61,869 nt of DNA, filler included, from Choristocarpus tenellus KU-1152 (GCA_964200185.2; 12 parts of 12 records of this genome joined end to end with filler, not necessarily neighbours in it); one strand, 5' to 3'. Positions 36,313 to 49,620 are shown, counted from the first letter of the whole stretch. Numbers and translations are program-made. Notes: generated from the letters alone by a model not told the origin.

Positions 36313-37437
36313 AAGGTCACCCCAGACTCGATCCATAAAGGCCTTGAGTATCGACATCCCCTGCAAAGGAAAAACAAAACATGGAAGGCGTAGTAGTAGG
36401 CCCCAAGAGGTATAGAGGGGGGTGGAAAGGGTGCAATTCCAACGGAGGTTGGTCGGGAGGGATCGATCCCATAGACAAACTAGCACACAAGTAGAAATAC
36501 CCAAGCCAACGGGTGACTGTCTAGAGACGTCTGATCTTCCCTTTCCATCCATTACTCTGTTGTCATTATTCTTCACCATATTCTTATTTTCTCACCTCCA
36601 AATCCCTCGGAGGCAGGACTCTCTCCTCCTCCCCATACCCATAGAGTACTTTCATTGCAGCGGTTCAGTCCCAACCCCGCATTTAAACACACACATAACG
36701 TTTGGAAAATATTCAGAGGTGGGAAGGGGGAGATGTGGGAAGGGTGGTTTAAAAAAGAAACGAACGCATTCATGAGGAGGTGTCACGGAGCTTGTGAAAC
36801 TTATGCTGCAGTGGTCGAGTTGTCACTTACCTTCAGAGCACACAGAGAGGAGAAAGCATTTGTATCAAGAGTTCAGCACGTAACAAGAGTCAAATTTGTA
36901 CAGAACGTTAATATATTACTAATATTGGGTTTTCCACATGAATACGACACCCAACGGATGAGATTTCCTCTTCCTCTTTCAAGTCTCCTGTGCCCCTACA
37001 CCCAACAAAAACAAACAACTGTACCCCTCTTTGTCCTCCTTTCTCGATCCTCTATTCGTTTCCTCTTTTTGTCCGAATTCAGGTACACAAAGTACAACAA
37101 CACAGTAAGTACATACATCATGACCAGCAGCAGCAGTATCAACGCTGTTCACGTACCTTCTAAAAAAAAAAAATCAAATGTTTTCGTTGTCGCTTCAAGG
37201 ACTATAGACAAAACACAGAATTCGAATAAAACCTTCTGAAAAATCAAATTCAAAAAACAAGCATACAGTTTTTTTTCTTTTAAACGCCACACTACAGTGC
37301 TCACTCACTCCACCTATATATCCATACTGCTACGCCTTTCAACACAATACTAAAACAGCCCCCGTATCAGTCTCAAAAATCACCCTCCCTTTCCCACACA
37401 CACACCTCTTACATAGAATACTCCAGGAACAAGTATC

Positions 37438-37471
<34 letters not shown>

Positions 37472-37775
37472 ACCCCAACCTCCCCCCTGGCGCAAANNNN
37501 NNNNNNCCCCACCCCCACCCCCTCCATCGAATACCCCCCGCACAAGTACCCCCCCCCCCCCCCCCCTTCCCCCCTTTCTCCACCCACCATCAATATCCCC
37601 CTGGGGACAAAAGAGTGTAAACACACAGAAAATGTATAGGTCCACCAGGTGCCGCAGTCCTAGGAAAGCAGAGGGAGCAGCGGGTGGGACAAGAGCCATG
37701 ATCTGTAGGCAGTGTCCAGCATACCTTGATACCCCATTGAGGGCTGCCTGGGTCACTACCCAGCCAGAGCCAAAC
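36313..37775 (-). CDS. Partial unknown gene; candidate exons about 37646-37775 and 36313-36360
   Basis: AG/GT-bounded open frames FGSGWVVTQAALNGVSRYAGHCLQIMALVPPAAPSAFLGLRHL and ttgcag|GMSILKAFMDRVWGDL|gt. Confidence 0.45.
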
Positions 37776-39222
37776 CTTTGGTGTTGGTGTGCGTTTGTGG
37801 GGAGGGGGGGGGGAGGGTGTGTGTGTGTGTGTGTGTGTGTGACTGTTACATATCAGAAGGCTCGGTGGTATTGTGAGGGTTAGGGATAGGGGAATTGCTG
37901 CGGGGTTGCATCATGATAGATGAGTTGATAAGAAAGAGCCCCCCCCTTTTTTTTTTTGCGTATTTCGAGTCGGAGGGATTCAACGACATAGCAGTCCCTG
38001 ATTAAACGCATAACTGTAATAAAAACAGAAAACAGAGAACTGAGGAAGGTCAAATCCCTTGGACATACAGCACACTCTTCTTCATTCGAGTTGCGCGGAC
38101 TTCACCTTTGACACATTCACCTTTGTGTCAATTTCAAAAGACAATTTCAGAAGACAATTTCAGAAGACAATTTCACTACAGATTCGGAAGACACTTCCGT
38201 GAGCAAAAGAGCCACGAGCGTGTCTGCTGAGCTAAAAGTGGGCCGCGAGAGATCATGAGTATGGCATCACCCCATCTCCTGGATAGATAGATACACCACT
38301 CCGCAGCGGGCGATAAGGGCAGAAGGTGAAGGGGGCACATGGAGGAGACGGAGAGCCTTCTTGGTGAACTGGCTCTATACCCCAATTGAGAGCTGACAAC
38401 GCAGCGCCAGAGAGCAGCGCACTCGGAGAGGACAAGTACTGACTACTCGTCTGGACCCTAGGACCACTATCCTTTACAGGATTCCCACACGCACAAGTGG
38501 AGGTATACGTAATGTATGGAGGCAGAGGTGGAATTGGAAGTTCTAGGCGCCTTCGAGGAGGAGCACAGACCGCGGGAGACAACAGAGACTGGTCTTTAAC
38601 CTCAAGAGTGCACACACTGACTGACACAACCCAACCATTGCGATAGTATAGTATACAGATCCCAACTTGGAGACTGCCCCAAGTTCATGCACTGCCCATC
38701 TTGAGAGGGAACGGCCCTATCACAAAACACACACACACACACACAAGGGACTCATAATAAGGGTTTCCCTTGCCAAGGCCGGGGGGGAGAGTCCAGATGC
38801 CGCTGGAGAGAGGCGGTGGAGCACACAGTCAGTCACAGGCTGGACCACGCAGAAGCAGTAGCAAGTGTGGAGGTTGATGTCTTCCAAGTCTGCAAACGGG
38901 GATCACAACGAGAACGATTTGACCCTTGCAGCAGGGATTTTTAAAACTTGGACAGGCGGTGATGGGAAAGGAGTCCAAACCTCCCCCTGCACCTGCCCAC
39001 ACTCGCCTCCCGTAGTCAGGTCAATTCCTGTGACACAGGGGCAGATGACTCAAAGATTGCAGGAGCATGTTCTTCACAGGCATGTGAGAATGCTACCCAC
39101 CCCCAAGATGAGAAACAGCCTACTATGGCCCAGACAATGTATAAGTTGTGCGGAGACTCCCTTGTCTCTCCGATCGACAACGCCTGTCCAAACCAAGGCA
39201 GGGATGCGGATGTGTGTGGGAG

Positions 39223-39253
<31 letters not shown>

Positions 39254-39881
39254 ACCCCCCCACCCACNNNNNNNNNNNNNNNNNNNNNNNNNNNNNNNNN
39301 NNNNNNNNNNNTTAATTAATTAANNNNNNNNNNNNNNNNNNNNNNNNNNNNNNNNNNNNNNNNNNNNCTTGGTGGTGGGGTGCTCTTACTTATATTATTA
39401 TCTATTGCGCACGTCATCAGACACGTCAAAATGTGTCTGCCCCGTCATTCATTTCATGATTTGATTATGCTGCTGCGCCACACTACTTGCAATTCTCGCT
39501 ACCTAACATTGCACTGAGTGTCACACGGTACTTGCTTTTCTGTCGTCTCTCCAAAGAGAAGGTGCCAAGGGTAGATCCAGGGGGCAGAGTGGCCTCGCGA
39601 CTCTCCTTGTCTCACCGTCGTGGTTTATGTTGCTGTGTAAGTTAAAAAGATGTCCGGGAATCTTGTTTTTTTCTTCGGTATCGCCACAGCGGCCAAACTT
39701 GGGCAGGGATCTACCCCGGAACAATGATTTGCAAGGAGTTCAACCAACCACTTCATTTTGTCCGTTTTGAAGTTGTGACCTTCAAGATTGCGCTGGAGAT
39801 ATTCCCCCGCGTTTTTGACATTATTTGATCGGAACATAGCTCCCGTTCCCTGAAGTCTGGACATTCGTGGATACAATTTTT

Positions 39882-39995
39882 ATATTATTATGCCCTCTGA
39901 CATTTTGCAGATGTGTCAGGGGGAAACCAATGAAAACTATATACATAAGTGTATATAATCCTTCAAAAGCTCTTGTCATACCCTTTCATTATATA
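39882..39995 (-). mobile_element. LINE/SINE 3' end (family D) with (TAA)n tail
   Basis: Reverse complement of ..TTTTCATTGGTTTCCCCC..TGTCAGAGGGCATAATAATA; same family as 49934-51121. Confidence 0.7.
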
Positions 39996-40569
39996 TATAT
40001 ATTGTTGTATAACTGTTGTGTCGATACGATGAAAACAACCAAGACTGCCACAGAGGGCGAAGCTACTGCTCCCACTTTATGGTTACAACGTGGTCAGCCT
40101 GAGTATATAAAAAAAATGTCTTGACTGGTCATAGATAAAATATTTTAACATGGCCGAGTCTATGGCCATCGCTTACTCAACATGACTGGGGCCGTCAACT
40201 GGCCATGTACAACCAAATTCGAACATGACTGAGTCCATGGCCTTCGACTGTTTCAACATGGCCGAGCCAGGGGCCAGCCCAAGGCCATACGACCGACAAT
40301 GGACATGCTAAAATTGCCCGACTCAGTGAAAAGTCTTTATGGTATTCAATACCACGAACTTCAAATGGTATCTGTGTGATATTTTGCTGTATTATAGTCC
40401 CCCCCACCTCCTACGGCATGGCTTTCTAATAACAAAATGGATCAGTGGATAAATAGGGTTTCAGTTTAGTCGACACTATGGTATGACTATTCAACTGAAG
40501 TTTGATAGGATATATATAGTTGTTTACACCATCACCGGTAGCTGAAATGGCACTGTACTACTCCGCACA

Positions 40570-41135
40570 TTCCAGAATGAGGAGATTGCAATCACCATTT
40601 GGAACGTTCACACAATGCTATTGGTGATGAATGGTGTGAGCAACATACACGTTGGTTCATGTGGATACCCTATTCCCACAAGTAGTGTCTATCAGATGGG
40701 ATATCATTGTTCAGGCTTCAGGAGACATACAAGGTGAGGTAAGAAGGCACAAAATTGAAAACAGCGGGTATGTTTGTCTACTGCAGTGGAGACAAGGACA
40801 ACACAGGAAGACATACACATGCATGGCGTCACACTGGGGGTGAAGAAGTTGACTGGCTGGCAAGAGTAATTGATGGCGGAATACATCAGCAACCGGTTGA
40901 TCAAGGTTCGGATCCTGCTATCAGGTGTATCCAATGCAGGACCATTAACTGTAAGGTATGCTCCAACTAAATCTAGAGAGAGGGGTGAGAACGCGGACAA
41001 GAAAAGAGAGCAGAGGGATGAGTGCTGGACGACCCTAGATGAAACTGTGGAACAGGTTCCCTCCAAGGACAAAATGTTCATCCTACCAAATGCCCGTATG
41101 AGGAAGAGAGGTAAAGGTGTGGAGGGAAAAGGAAC
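40570..41135 (+). pseudogene. Decayed RTE-like LINE apurinic endonuclease domain
   Basis: Frameshifted motifs ITIWNVHT, LQET, VYCSG, ISNRLIKVRI, YAPT, ECWTTLDETVEQVPSKDKMFIL.NAR. Confidence 0.85.
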
Positions 41136-41899
41136 AGTTTGGTACTATTTGAAATTGTTAGGGGTGGACTGGAGAGCACGTCCTCTCAGTTGAGCAACAC
41201 CCTCCTTCCCATCCTTCTGGAATCGCTGCTACTGACGATTGGGTACAAATTGATTCAGAAGCTGGAGTAATATCAATTTTTGATATGAAAGGATGGTTCG
41301 GTTCCAGGATTATCTATCTCGTTTTGAACAAGGCTTTGGTCAGGTTGATGAGTGAGGATATATAGTCGATGTGATGGTACCTCCCCCCCTTGAGATTGGT
41401 GTGGGTAGGTGTGAGCCTTTGCCCTTGGGTGTACACATGAAAGTGTTGACAAGCGATTACAAGTTTGTACATTATTGATATCTCTCTGTAGAAAAAATGA
41501 CTAGCCGTACATAATTCATTATTGAACTTATTGTTTGCTTTGCTTTATCAATCTTTAGGTATTATTGTTCTTGAATCAGATCATACCAAATAAATATTGG
41601 TGCATTCAAAGCAAGGTATGTGGAGAACTGATTACCACTCATGTTTTTGAGGCCAGCTATACAGTAGTACAGTAGTAGTAGTACGTCTAATTGGCTTATG
41701 TATTGTATCACATTATAGGAAAAAACAGTGAGAGGTACAAAATCACTTACACTATCTAGGCTCAGATGATAATATAAAGGCTGTTCCCTCCAAGAGTTTT
41801 GCAGGTTCGATATCTCCATTGAAGTCAGACTATTGAACCAGACTTTCTCTTTATACTTCGAAGTACAAATCTGGTTTTTATTATCTAAAGTCTAGAAAT

Positions 41900-42052
41900 G
41901 ACTCAAAGTATCTGGGGGGGGTGGCGGCTGTCCATTTGAGGCCAATTTTTTCATGTCGATTTTTGGGTGATTTGGTTCCATAAGTCGGATGGATAATGAA
42001 AGCGCACTTTTCCTGGTTTTGGCCCAAATGGACACCCCGGTGTAGACCCCCC
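41900..42052. mobile_element. MITE family A, broken at poly-C by contig end
   Basis: GACTCAAAGTATCTGGGGGGGGTGGCGGCTGTCCATTTG ... CCCAAATGGACACCCCGGTGTAGACCCC. Confidence 0.9.
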
Positions 42053-42152
42053 NNNNNNNNNNNNNNNNNNNNNNNNNNNNNNNNNNNNNNNNNNNNTTAA
42101 TTAATTAANNNNNNNNNNNNNNNNNNNNNNNNNNNNNNNNNNNNNNNNNNNN

Positions 42153-42179
42153 CCCCCTCCCCCCCAGATACTTTGGGTC
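42153..42179. mobile_element. MITE right TIR at contig start
   Basis: CCCCCAGATACTTTGGGTC. Confidence 0.8.
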
Positions 42180-42723
42180 AGATCCAGATTCGTTGGGTGT
42201 AGTGTCATCCTATCCTTTCACAAGCAACAATGGTCACACTTATGACCCAAAGATACACATTGATCATTCCTCTTCTGTGGTAACAAAGAAAAAAAACACA
42301 TTTAAACATCATCCCTACTATGGTACGACCCACCTTCATTTAGTATTTGACATCAGTAGAAATTCAAACTATCAGATTGTCTGGAGTTGGGGTTATAGTC
42401 ATACTTTCAAAACTTCAGAATCAGACTCTTTGAGTTGTTACATTCATTATTGTAAGTCTACACGTAGCCAATGACTTAGGTACCTACTGAGACTCCAACT
42501 GTTGTTGGTGCGCACTAACCAATGGGGGCATCCCTATATTCATTTATTCAGCACAACGTGTCCAATTGGTCCTAACGTACGCGCCATAAGCCGTGTAACT
42601 GTCAGGTAGGTAGGTGTACTGGGTGTACGAGGATCGAGCATGAATTTGTCGTGCATCATTTCTGGTCCCCACCAGCTTCAGACTATAAACAACTAATTGC
42701 ATCAACGCAATAGTAGAAAAACG

Positions 42724-45700
42724 ATGCCTTCGAATCGAGCGTCGATGAAGACCAGACGTCCTCCATTTTCGCTTGGTCATGGAACGATTGACTCGGCTCA
42801 ATCTTCGGCTAAAAACAGGAAGGGCCGATTGTCGGACGCCCGAAGCCGTCACAAATGGACGTTCGAGGGTTATCTAGATGGGACAGGAGAGGAACCTCAC
42901 CCAAGGAAAGGTTAGAGTCGATTATTGAGTAGTATATAGTCTCCACCTCCACGCAAAGATAGTCTTTCCTAGAGAATACTACGGACGGGTGCATGTAGCA
43001 ACACGAATGGACTTGGATCTTATGTTGGGATTGGTTGAAGAGCCGTGGACAAGGGATGTAGTTTTCCCTCCACACTGATGACTTGCAGGGTACACTAGGA
43101 ATCTAGAAGTAGCCTGTCTGTGTATCTGGGTCGCAAATAACTTGCGGTTGCGATATCAAGTCCCCCTAGACCGATCACACCTCTGCTTTGTCGTGGAATG
43201 GTGATCAGATTCCTTACTCGTATTTCTCCTCTTGCAGCCCCTGAACCAGTGCCTCACAGGACCTACTCTTCAGCTTCGGAGCGATCCGCTACACCCATGA
43301 TCAGAGCAACTTCGCTTTGTTCCAAAGAAGCTACAAATAGAGGTGCTGGGCGCAGTAGGTCGGAATCCAGCTTCTACAATGGAACGAAAGGCACCACCAG
43401 CTACGGTACTGCTGAGCTCAAAAACAAGTATTCATTCAATGTTACCGCCACCGCCCCAATGTCCAGCACGATGGATGGCCATCGTGGACAGGCCGGTGAC
43501 AATTGTAAGACCTGCATCACGGTGGCCGACGGATGCAATAAAAGGGAGAATCATGAATCCACCATTATGCACACAACAACATGTAGTCAGGAAGTCCTTG
43601 CTTCACATATCACTTCTGAATCTTTGATACAAAGTAGAACGTCAGGCTTTTCTGGGCATGTCCATAAAGTATCCTCTCCGGCATATACTGATACTACTAC
43701 TGGAATAAGCCAGGCATACGAGACAGAGTCGCAGTGCATGGCGTTCCGCACCGGAGATGGGGACAACTGCAGCTCTTCTGGCAAAGAGGGTGTTGATCTT
43801 AGACTGAGTCAGTTTGTGCCAGCTGTGTCAGGCCCTAGCTCCCACACATCTGACGAGGGGAAGTTGGATCAGCTTATGAATGGGCAAGTGGTGGTCGTTG
43901 GTGACCCTTGTACTCCAGAACAATTGGCAAGCGGTGTAGCCTCACTTCTACTTGAGAGGCAGGAATGGCAGCGGCAGGCATTGGAGGCCAGGGCTGAGCT
44001 GAAAGTGTTGCAAGAGAACTGTGAGGGGATGGCGAAAGAGAAACTTGCCACACCTGCAGCATCAAATACTGTCAAAGAACCTATCGAAGATGCCAGTGCT
44101 TGGGTGGGACGGTCTAGAACAGGAGTTGCAGCTATACACTCATTCTGTGGGTCATGCTTCCGTCCCCTTGACAAAGAAGAGGGGGGAAGGATGGATACAA
44201 TAATGGAATCATCACTGTCCAAAGTGGTGGAGAGTGCAGCAGTTCAGGCCCTTGAAACCAAGGTGGCAGCCCTCCATCAGAATCTCATGCTTGACCAGGC
44301 CAAGTGTCTGGAATCCACACACAATGAAGTGAGGGAGGCCGCAGTGCGTTGCTCTGCAGCAGAAGCAGTGGCTGCAGAGAGTGAGAAGCGGGCGCGGGCA
44401 GCTGAGTTGTCTCGTGAGGTCAAGGAAATACAGGTGCGCTTCTGGAAGTTTTCACTTAGTATGAGAGGGTCAATTGCTTCGGAGCTTCTCAGAGTACGTG
44501 GAAGTGGGCTCAATGTCTTGAAATTAAATTAAAATAGATTGTTGAATTACATACATGAGGTTTTTCTGTATTAGAGTCAAAGTATCTTGGAGGGTAGAGC
44601 CGCGTCCGTTTGGGGACCAAAATCCAATGTTGCAATTTTGATGTAATTGTGGCTACCGTGTTTGTTAGGAAGTGTCAGTATCCTTCTTCCAGACACAACT
44701 TTTTCATAACGTATACGTTTTACCTACTCCAAAACGGTTCACAGTAGGTAAATTGTCATAAACAACCTGTGGGAAACTAAGCCTCAAACGGACAAACAAG
44801 GCAAAACTCGTACCCTCTAAGATATTTTCACTCTTACAAATGGAAACATCTCAATGACAGGAGTGTAATGTATGGTGCAGGAATATACACACTTTGAAGT
44901 ATCAGATATATGCAACGTAGTGGTGATCACACAATTTGTACGTACAGGGATATCTCAAGTGCAGCAGACCAATCCCATAAAAAAAAGTAAACATGAGCAG
45001 GCTGCTAGCCGATACTAGTGCTTATTTTCAGTGGCGCTGGGCTCTCCCTGGCTTCCCCTGTGATGTTACACGCAACCAAAGGTGGGGGTGTTATCCTACC
45101 CTCCATAATCATCCTAGCAAACAACCTGAGAACATTCCTCGAACATCACAATATTCTAATATTCCTTTCCATTGCTCATGAATCATGCTAGTCACACTAT
45201 ATTGCTACAAAGACATTTCTTACTTACTGTATAACAATAGCAACATTTGAGTGTGTATAGTACTACAACGCATGTTCCTATGCAAACATCAGATTCGCAA
45301 CCTTGAGTCAAGGCTTGCTAAGAAAGATGCGGACTTGAGAGAGGCATGCCGCATCAAGAGCGAGCTTCAGTGTCGTTTAAAGGATGGTGGCAAAGAGGTC
45401 GGACGTTGGCGGGAGTGTTTGGACAAAGTTGGGAGGGGAAACCGGGGTGATGTTTGTCTTGGTACTATTGGTGATATTGACACAACAGCACTCCATGGGG
45501 TTTCAATGAGGGCGGAGGTTGACAATAGCAGCAGTGGTGGAAGGCTTATCCAGGGCTGGATCAGCCACTTATCTAGATTAGAGACCAGCATGCGGGGCAG
45601 TTGTGAGGCCCTGGGAGCAAAGGCGACCTCAGTTGGGGAGAGTGCAACATCAGCAGCAGTGGCAGCAGCCGCTGAGGCGGCAGATATAGTGAAAAGTGTT

Positions 45701-45937
45701 GCAGGGGGTGTTGGTGGGCCAGGAGGAAAATGGGTGTCTGAATCAGGGGATGGGGGAGTTGCAGTATTGGGGGTTGGGGAAGGAGTCGGATTAGCAATTG
45801 GGTCAGGAGAAGGGGCAGAAATCAAACACAAAACTTCAGCTTCATCTGACAACTCACTACTTGAGGGTTCCACAGAGGCACTAAAAAACAACGCAGAATT
45901 AGAAGAGTTCTGGGGGAGCGACTGTACTCCTTTTTGA
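42724..45937 (+). CDS. Hypothetical protein of about 675 aa (disordered N-half, coiled-coil C-half). Exons 42724-42910, 43238-44433, 45293-45937
   Basis: ATG to TGA with two phase-compatible GT-AG introns (phase 1, phase 0); heptad-rich segments LLLERQEWQRQALEARAELKVLQE and IRNLESRLAKKDADLREA. Confidence 0.8.
44574..44833. mobile_element. MITE family B, complete, intronic
   Basis: GAGTCAAAGTATCTTGGAGGGTA ... TACCCTCTAAGATATTTTCACTC; flanks (A)TTA/TTA(C). Confidence 0.92.
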
Positions 45938-46343
45938 CTCAAAGTCTTGTATTCTGGGTGAAGTACTCTGACAAATGCACTGCAGTTATATAGTATGAAT
46001 GGTTTTATGGAAGTTGGAATGTGCCTGGCAGAATGTCTGAATTGGCTATTGAGTTATGTCGAGATAAAATTACAATATTATTAAAACATCATTTGTGGAT
46101 AATATTGGAGTACTAGCACAATCGAGGGATTCAAATATTGTTCATACTTTGAATTAAGTCAAGATAACTATATACTCCAAAGTACAAGAGAGGGTTGCAG
46201 CGGGGGGGATGCACCCTATTGATATGGTGCGACATGCAGGCCATTCCACCAGTACAGTAAATTATTTTCTTCTTAATGATCCCAATGGCACTCCCTCTAC
46301 CATGTATTATGATGAAAATGATCATAATTGTGAACATTATAAT

Positions 46344-46460
46344 GGCTCAAAGTATCTGGGGGTGGTGGTGGTGGTGGTGGCCATTTGGGGACATTTTTTT
46401 TCATGTCGCGATTTTTTTGTGATATGGTTGCGTAAACACATCCAGAACCCCAGATAAATG
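46344..46460. mobile_element. MITE family A, truncated
   Basis: GGCTCAAAGTATCTGGGGG..CCATTTGGG..TTTTCATGTCGCGATTTT. Confidence 0.8.
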
Positions 46461-47043
46461 TTGCATACCTGCGAGGAGTCACTGTATTCCACTTTCAGTC
46501 TTTTTCACTCTGCTTACCTATCAATTGATTGTCTTGGCTTGGTGTGAGATGATGAAATATTGAGTGAGGTGCGTTGAGATGCAGGGATTGATACATATAT
46601 ATATTGTGATAGTAATAGTAGTGGTGGAATTAATTAAATGAAATTTCTCGAAAATATACTATAATAATAGTGGAAGACGTCCTGAGAGGGTAGAGATAAT
46701 GTCGCTTTAGTTTTTCTAGGGCTTAATTGAAGAGTGAACAACTGACTGGGGACTGTGAGAAAAAGATCCCCACCAAAACACACACCCGCCCTTGCTTGAA
46801 GAAAAGTAGGGCATTTGTGAAGCAAAATATGTAAATACATATATATATATAGAGAGAGAGGATTGTATTTAGCCACAATGTACTCATTTATGACAAACAC
46901 ACCTGTCTCTAACTCGATATTTCCCCTGATCAATCGCCAAGAGTTGACTGGTGGTCAGAGGGCTATTTTCGTTCTTTTTACCTCTACATCTACATCAACT
47001 GAAGTGTCATTTTTGTTTAGACTTTTTGTTTGTTGACGTGTAA

Positions 47044-47297
47044 GAGCCAAAGTATCTTAGAGGGTAGAGCTGCGTCCATTTGGGGTCAAAATCCAATGTT
47101 ACGATTTTGATGTAGTGTCGGCTATTGTATTTGTCAGGAAGTGTCAATATCTGTGTTTCGGACACACCTTTTCATAACATAAACATTTTACTTACACCTA
47201 AACATTTTGGAGTAGGAAAATGTCATAAAAATACCCATGGGAAACCAAGCTCCAAATGGACAGAGCAAAATTTCTACCCTCTAAGATACTTTCAGTC
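47044..47297. mobile_element. MITE family B, complete, 4-bp TSD GTAA
   Basis: GAGCCAAAGTATCTTAGAGGGTA ... TACCCTCTAAGATACTTTCAGTC; GTAA at 47040-47043 and 47298-47301. Confidence 0.92.
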
Positions 47298-49409
47298 GTA
47301 AGTGAATCGAAGAAACTGAGAGGAAGGTGCCACTGAGTACTAAGGGTCCCTCTGACTTCCTGGTGGCACATTTTTTGGAGCACTCAGGCCACAGGTGATA
47401 TGAGGTAGATTTTGGTTGTTTTTTGTGGGTGTATTCAGTTTGGAGAAACAAGTTATACTTATCGACAGACTTTTTTGAGTGTCCCCCCTTTATCAACAAA
47501 GTTAAAAACTCCTTGAAACTTGAAATGGCCAAACACACATCCCTCTATTACTTTCAATCAGTACATTTCTAAATATTAGAATTCAAAGGATATCAATAGA
47601 TATAGTAAGTTTGGTGCGTTAGTCATAGATGTTGTGGTTTTTGACAAAATGATGAAACAAAAATTTGTACGTGAAGGAGCAGTGGGGGTGGAACCTTTTG
47701 TAATTCCAAGCACTCTTTTTGTGTTACATCAATGTAATGCAAGTATACTTTGGACACCCAACTTCGTATTTCCAAATGAGTTCTACAACAACAATTGAAC
47801 AGTACTTCCCAATATTTTATATGGGTAGTACGATGGTTTAGAACCGAAATTTTCGAGAGAAAATAATGGTTCGTTGAAGTTTTTTTGAAACTTCTCTCGG
47901 AAAATGGTTTTGATTTGGTTCTATTACCCCACTATTGAAGTACAGATTTTGAGTTGATTATATCACCACAAAGTAGCGTTTCTTGTGAGATATGAATGAT
48001 GGGAAAAGTTTGAGTTTAGAAGATATATTAGTCAATTTCGGGTAAAACGTTGGAGGAAATATATTGACATTTGGAATGCCAACATAGATCAATCTAACAT
48101 AAACATTGGTTCTTCCTCTCAACTCGTGTAACAAAAAAAAGTTAAGTGGGGGTATCCCTTTAGTTAACCTGATTGATCTGTCGTTGAACCAAGTTGTTTG
48201 AGAAGGGGATGATGAGAACCATAAGAGATGGGGTTGAGGTATGTGTTGGGCGAGAGTTGTGGCCCTAACAGAAAGCCATGTTCCTCAACCCCATAGTGAT
48301 TATCTGTGACTAGTCAGAACAGAACATAATCGCTACCTTTGCTGGTTTCAATCACCATTCATGTCGGCCTTCACCTCGACCTGATCATACGACTAACTTA
48401 GACCCGATTACTTTGATTAGTTTCAACGGCAAACTTTGGGATGTGTAATGAATATTAGAGATTGGGGTGTCATATATCAATGTCTCACAGACCCAAAGGT
48501 AGGATCTGTCTGTGACAGATTGATTGATTTCATTGATTAGTTGTCAATTTTTCGAAACACGAGGATGGAAATACCTTTGTTCTAGATAAATCAAGGCAGA
48601 TTCTTCCTTGCTTGACAAACTAGTGAAGTGGCATCCTTTATATAAGAGAACAGAGTGGTACAACATAGTACAGTGTTTGCCCAAAATGAAATTCAATATG
48701 GGAACGTTTTATCTATCATACAGTGTTTTGTTGGTAGTGTTTTTCATTACCAAATGTTATGAAATTTCCCATTTCAAGTTGGAAACAATAGTGAAATAAT
48801 AATAATAGAGAAAAGCATTATGGTGTGGGTAAGACCTTCGGGGCAACACTTAAGGTTTGATGATCTCATAGAGGAATTATCCAATCGAAGCGATCAATAC
48901 GCATTTGTCCCAGCCAACCAAAATGCTACAAAAAGCTGCATTGTACAAGGATAAGACTCACAATGGTTTGGGTACCATGACAGATGCGCGTGCTATATTT
49001 GCTAGCATGTCACACCCTTTCGCTGCCTCAGCTGAAACCCCGATCGTTAGGCAGGAACTAGGACTACCTAGCTAGAACAGAACGTTCATGCATGATGAGG
49101 TATCAAGCCAAACTTCACTGCCACACCAAGAGTTTGTAAACATTGTACTGGCAACCCTTGCACTGATGCTTCAACCCGTTTTAACCCAGAACTCCTCGCC
49201 CGCTGTCTGTGCTGCCGTAAACCAGCAACCTGCTTCGGTTCCTGCGAAATGCGGACGTAGATCATTCCAAAAAGCAATGCATCAAAACCCGTTTGACCAG
49301 TCACATCCTTTGCTCCGTCTGTGCTTCGATCCCCACTTGTTTTAGCCACAGACAGCGCGAGCAATAGGATTCGAAACCATTCGGGCAAAGACCTACTTCC
49401 ATCGCTCAA

Positions 49410-49620
49410 GGCTCAAAGTATCTGAGGCTCAAAGTATCTGAGGCTCAAAATATCTGAGGGGGGGTGGCGGCTATCCATTTCGGGTCAGTTTTTTCATGTC
49501 GCGATTTTTGGGTGACTTGGTGGCATACGTCGGATGGATAATGTAGGTGCACTTTTCCTGCTTTTGGTCCAAATGGATACCCTGGCGTCGACCCCCTCCC
49601 CCCCACAGATAGTTTGGGTC
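49410..49620. mobile_element. MITE family A with triplicated left TIR
   Basis: (GGCTCAAAGTATCTGA)x3, family A interior, AGATAGTTTGGGTC; flanks TCAA/TCAT. Confidence 0.9.

Noticed and set aside
38640-39220. Possible non-LTR retroelement zinc-finger region
   Set aside because: No motif clear enough to support a call
41900-42179. MITE left part and right TIR on either side of a spacer as one insertion (flanks AAAT/AGAT)
   Set aside because: Many contigs break at the poly-G/C of this high-copy family and other junctions join unrelated genes, so continuity cannot be shown
45367-45942. 191-aa minus-strand ORF (also 30242-30595 and 43869-44222)
   Set aside because: Antisense shadows of GC-richer plus-strand exons
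47560-48120. AT-rich coding-like stretch as an endogenous viral or organellar insert
   Set aside because: All frames are interrupted and no motif is recognisable; a translated search would be needed
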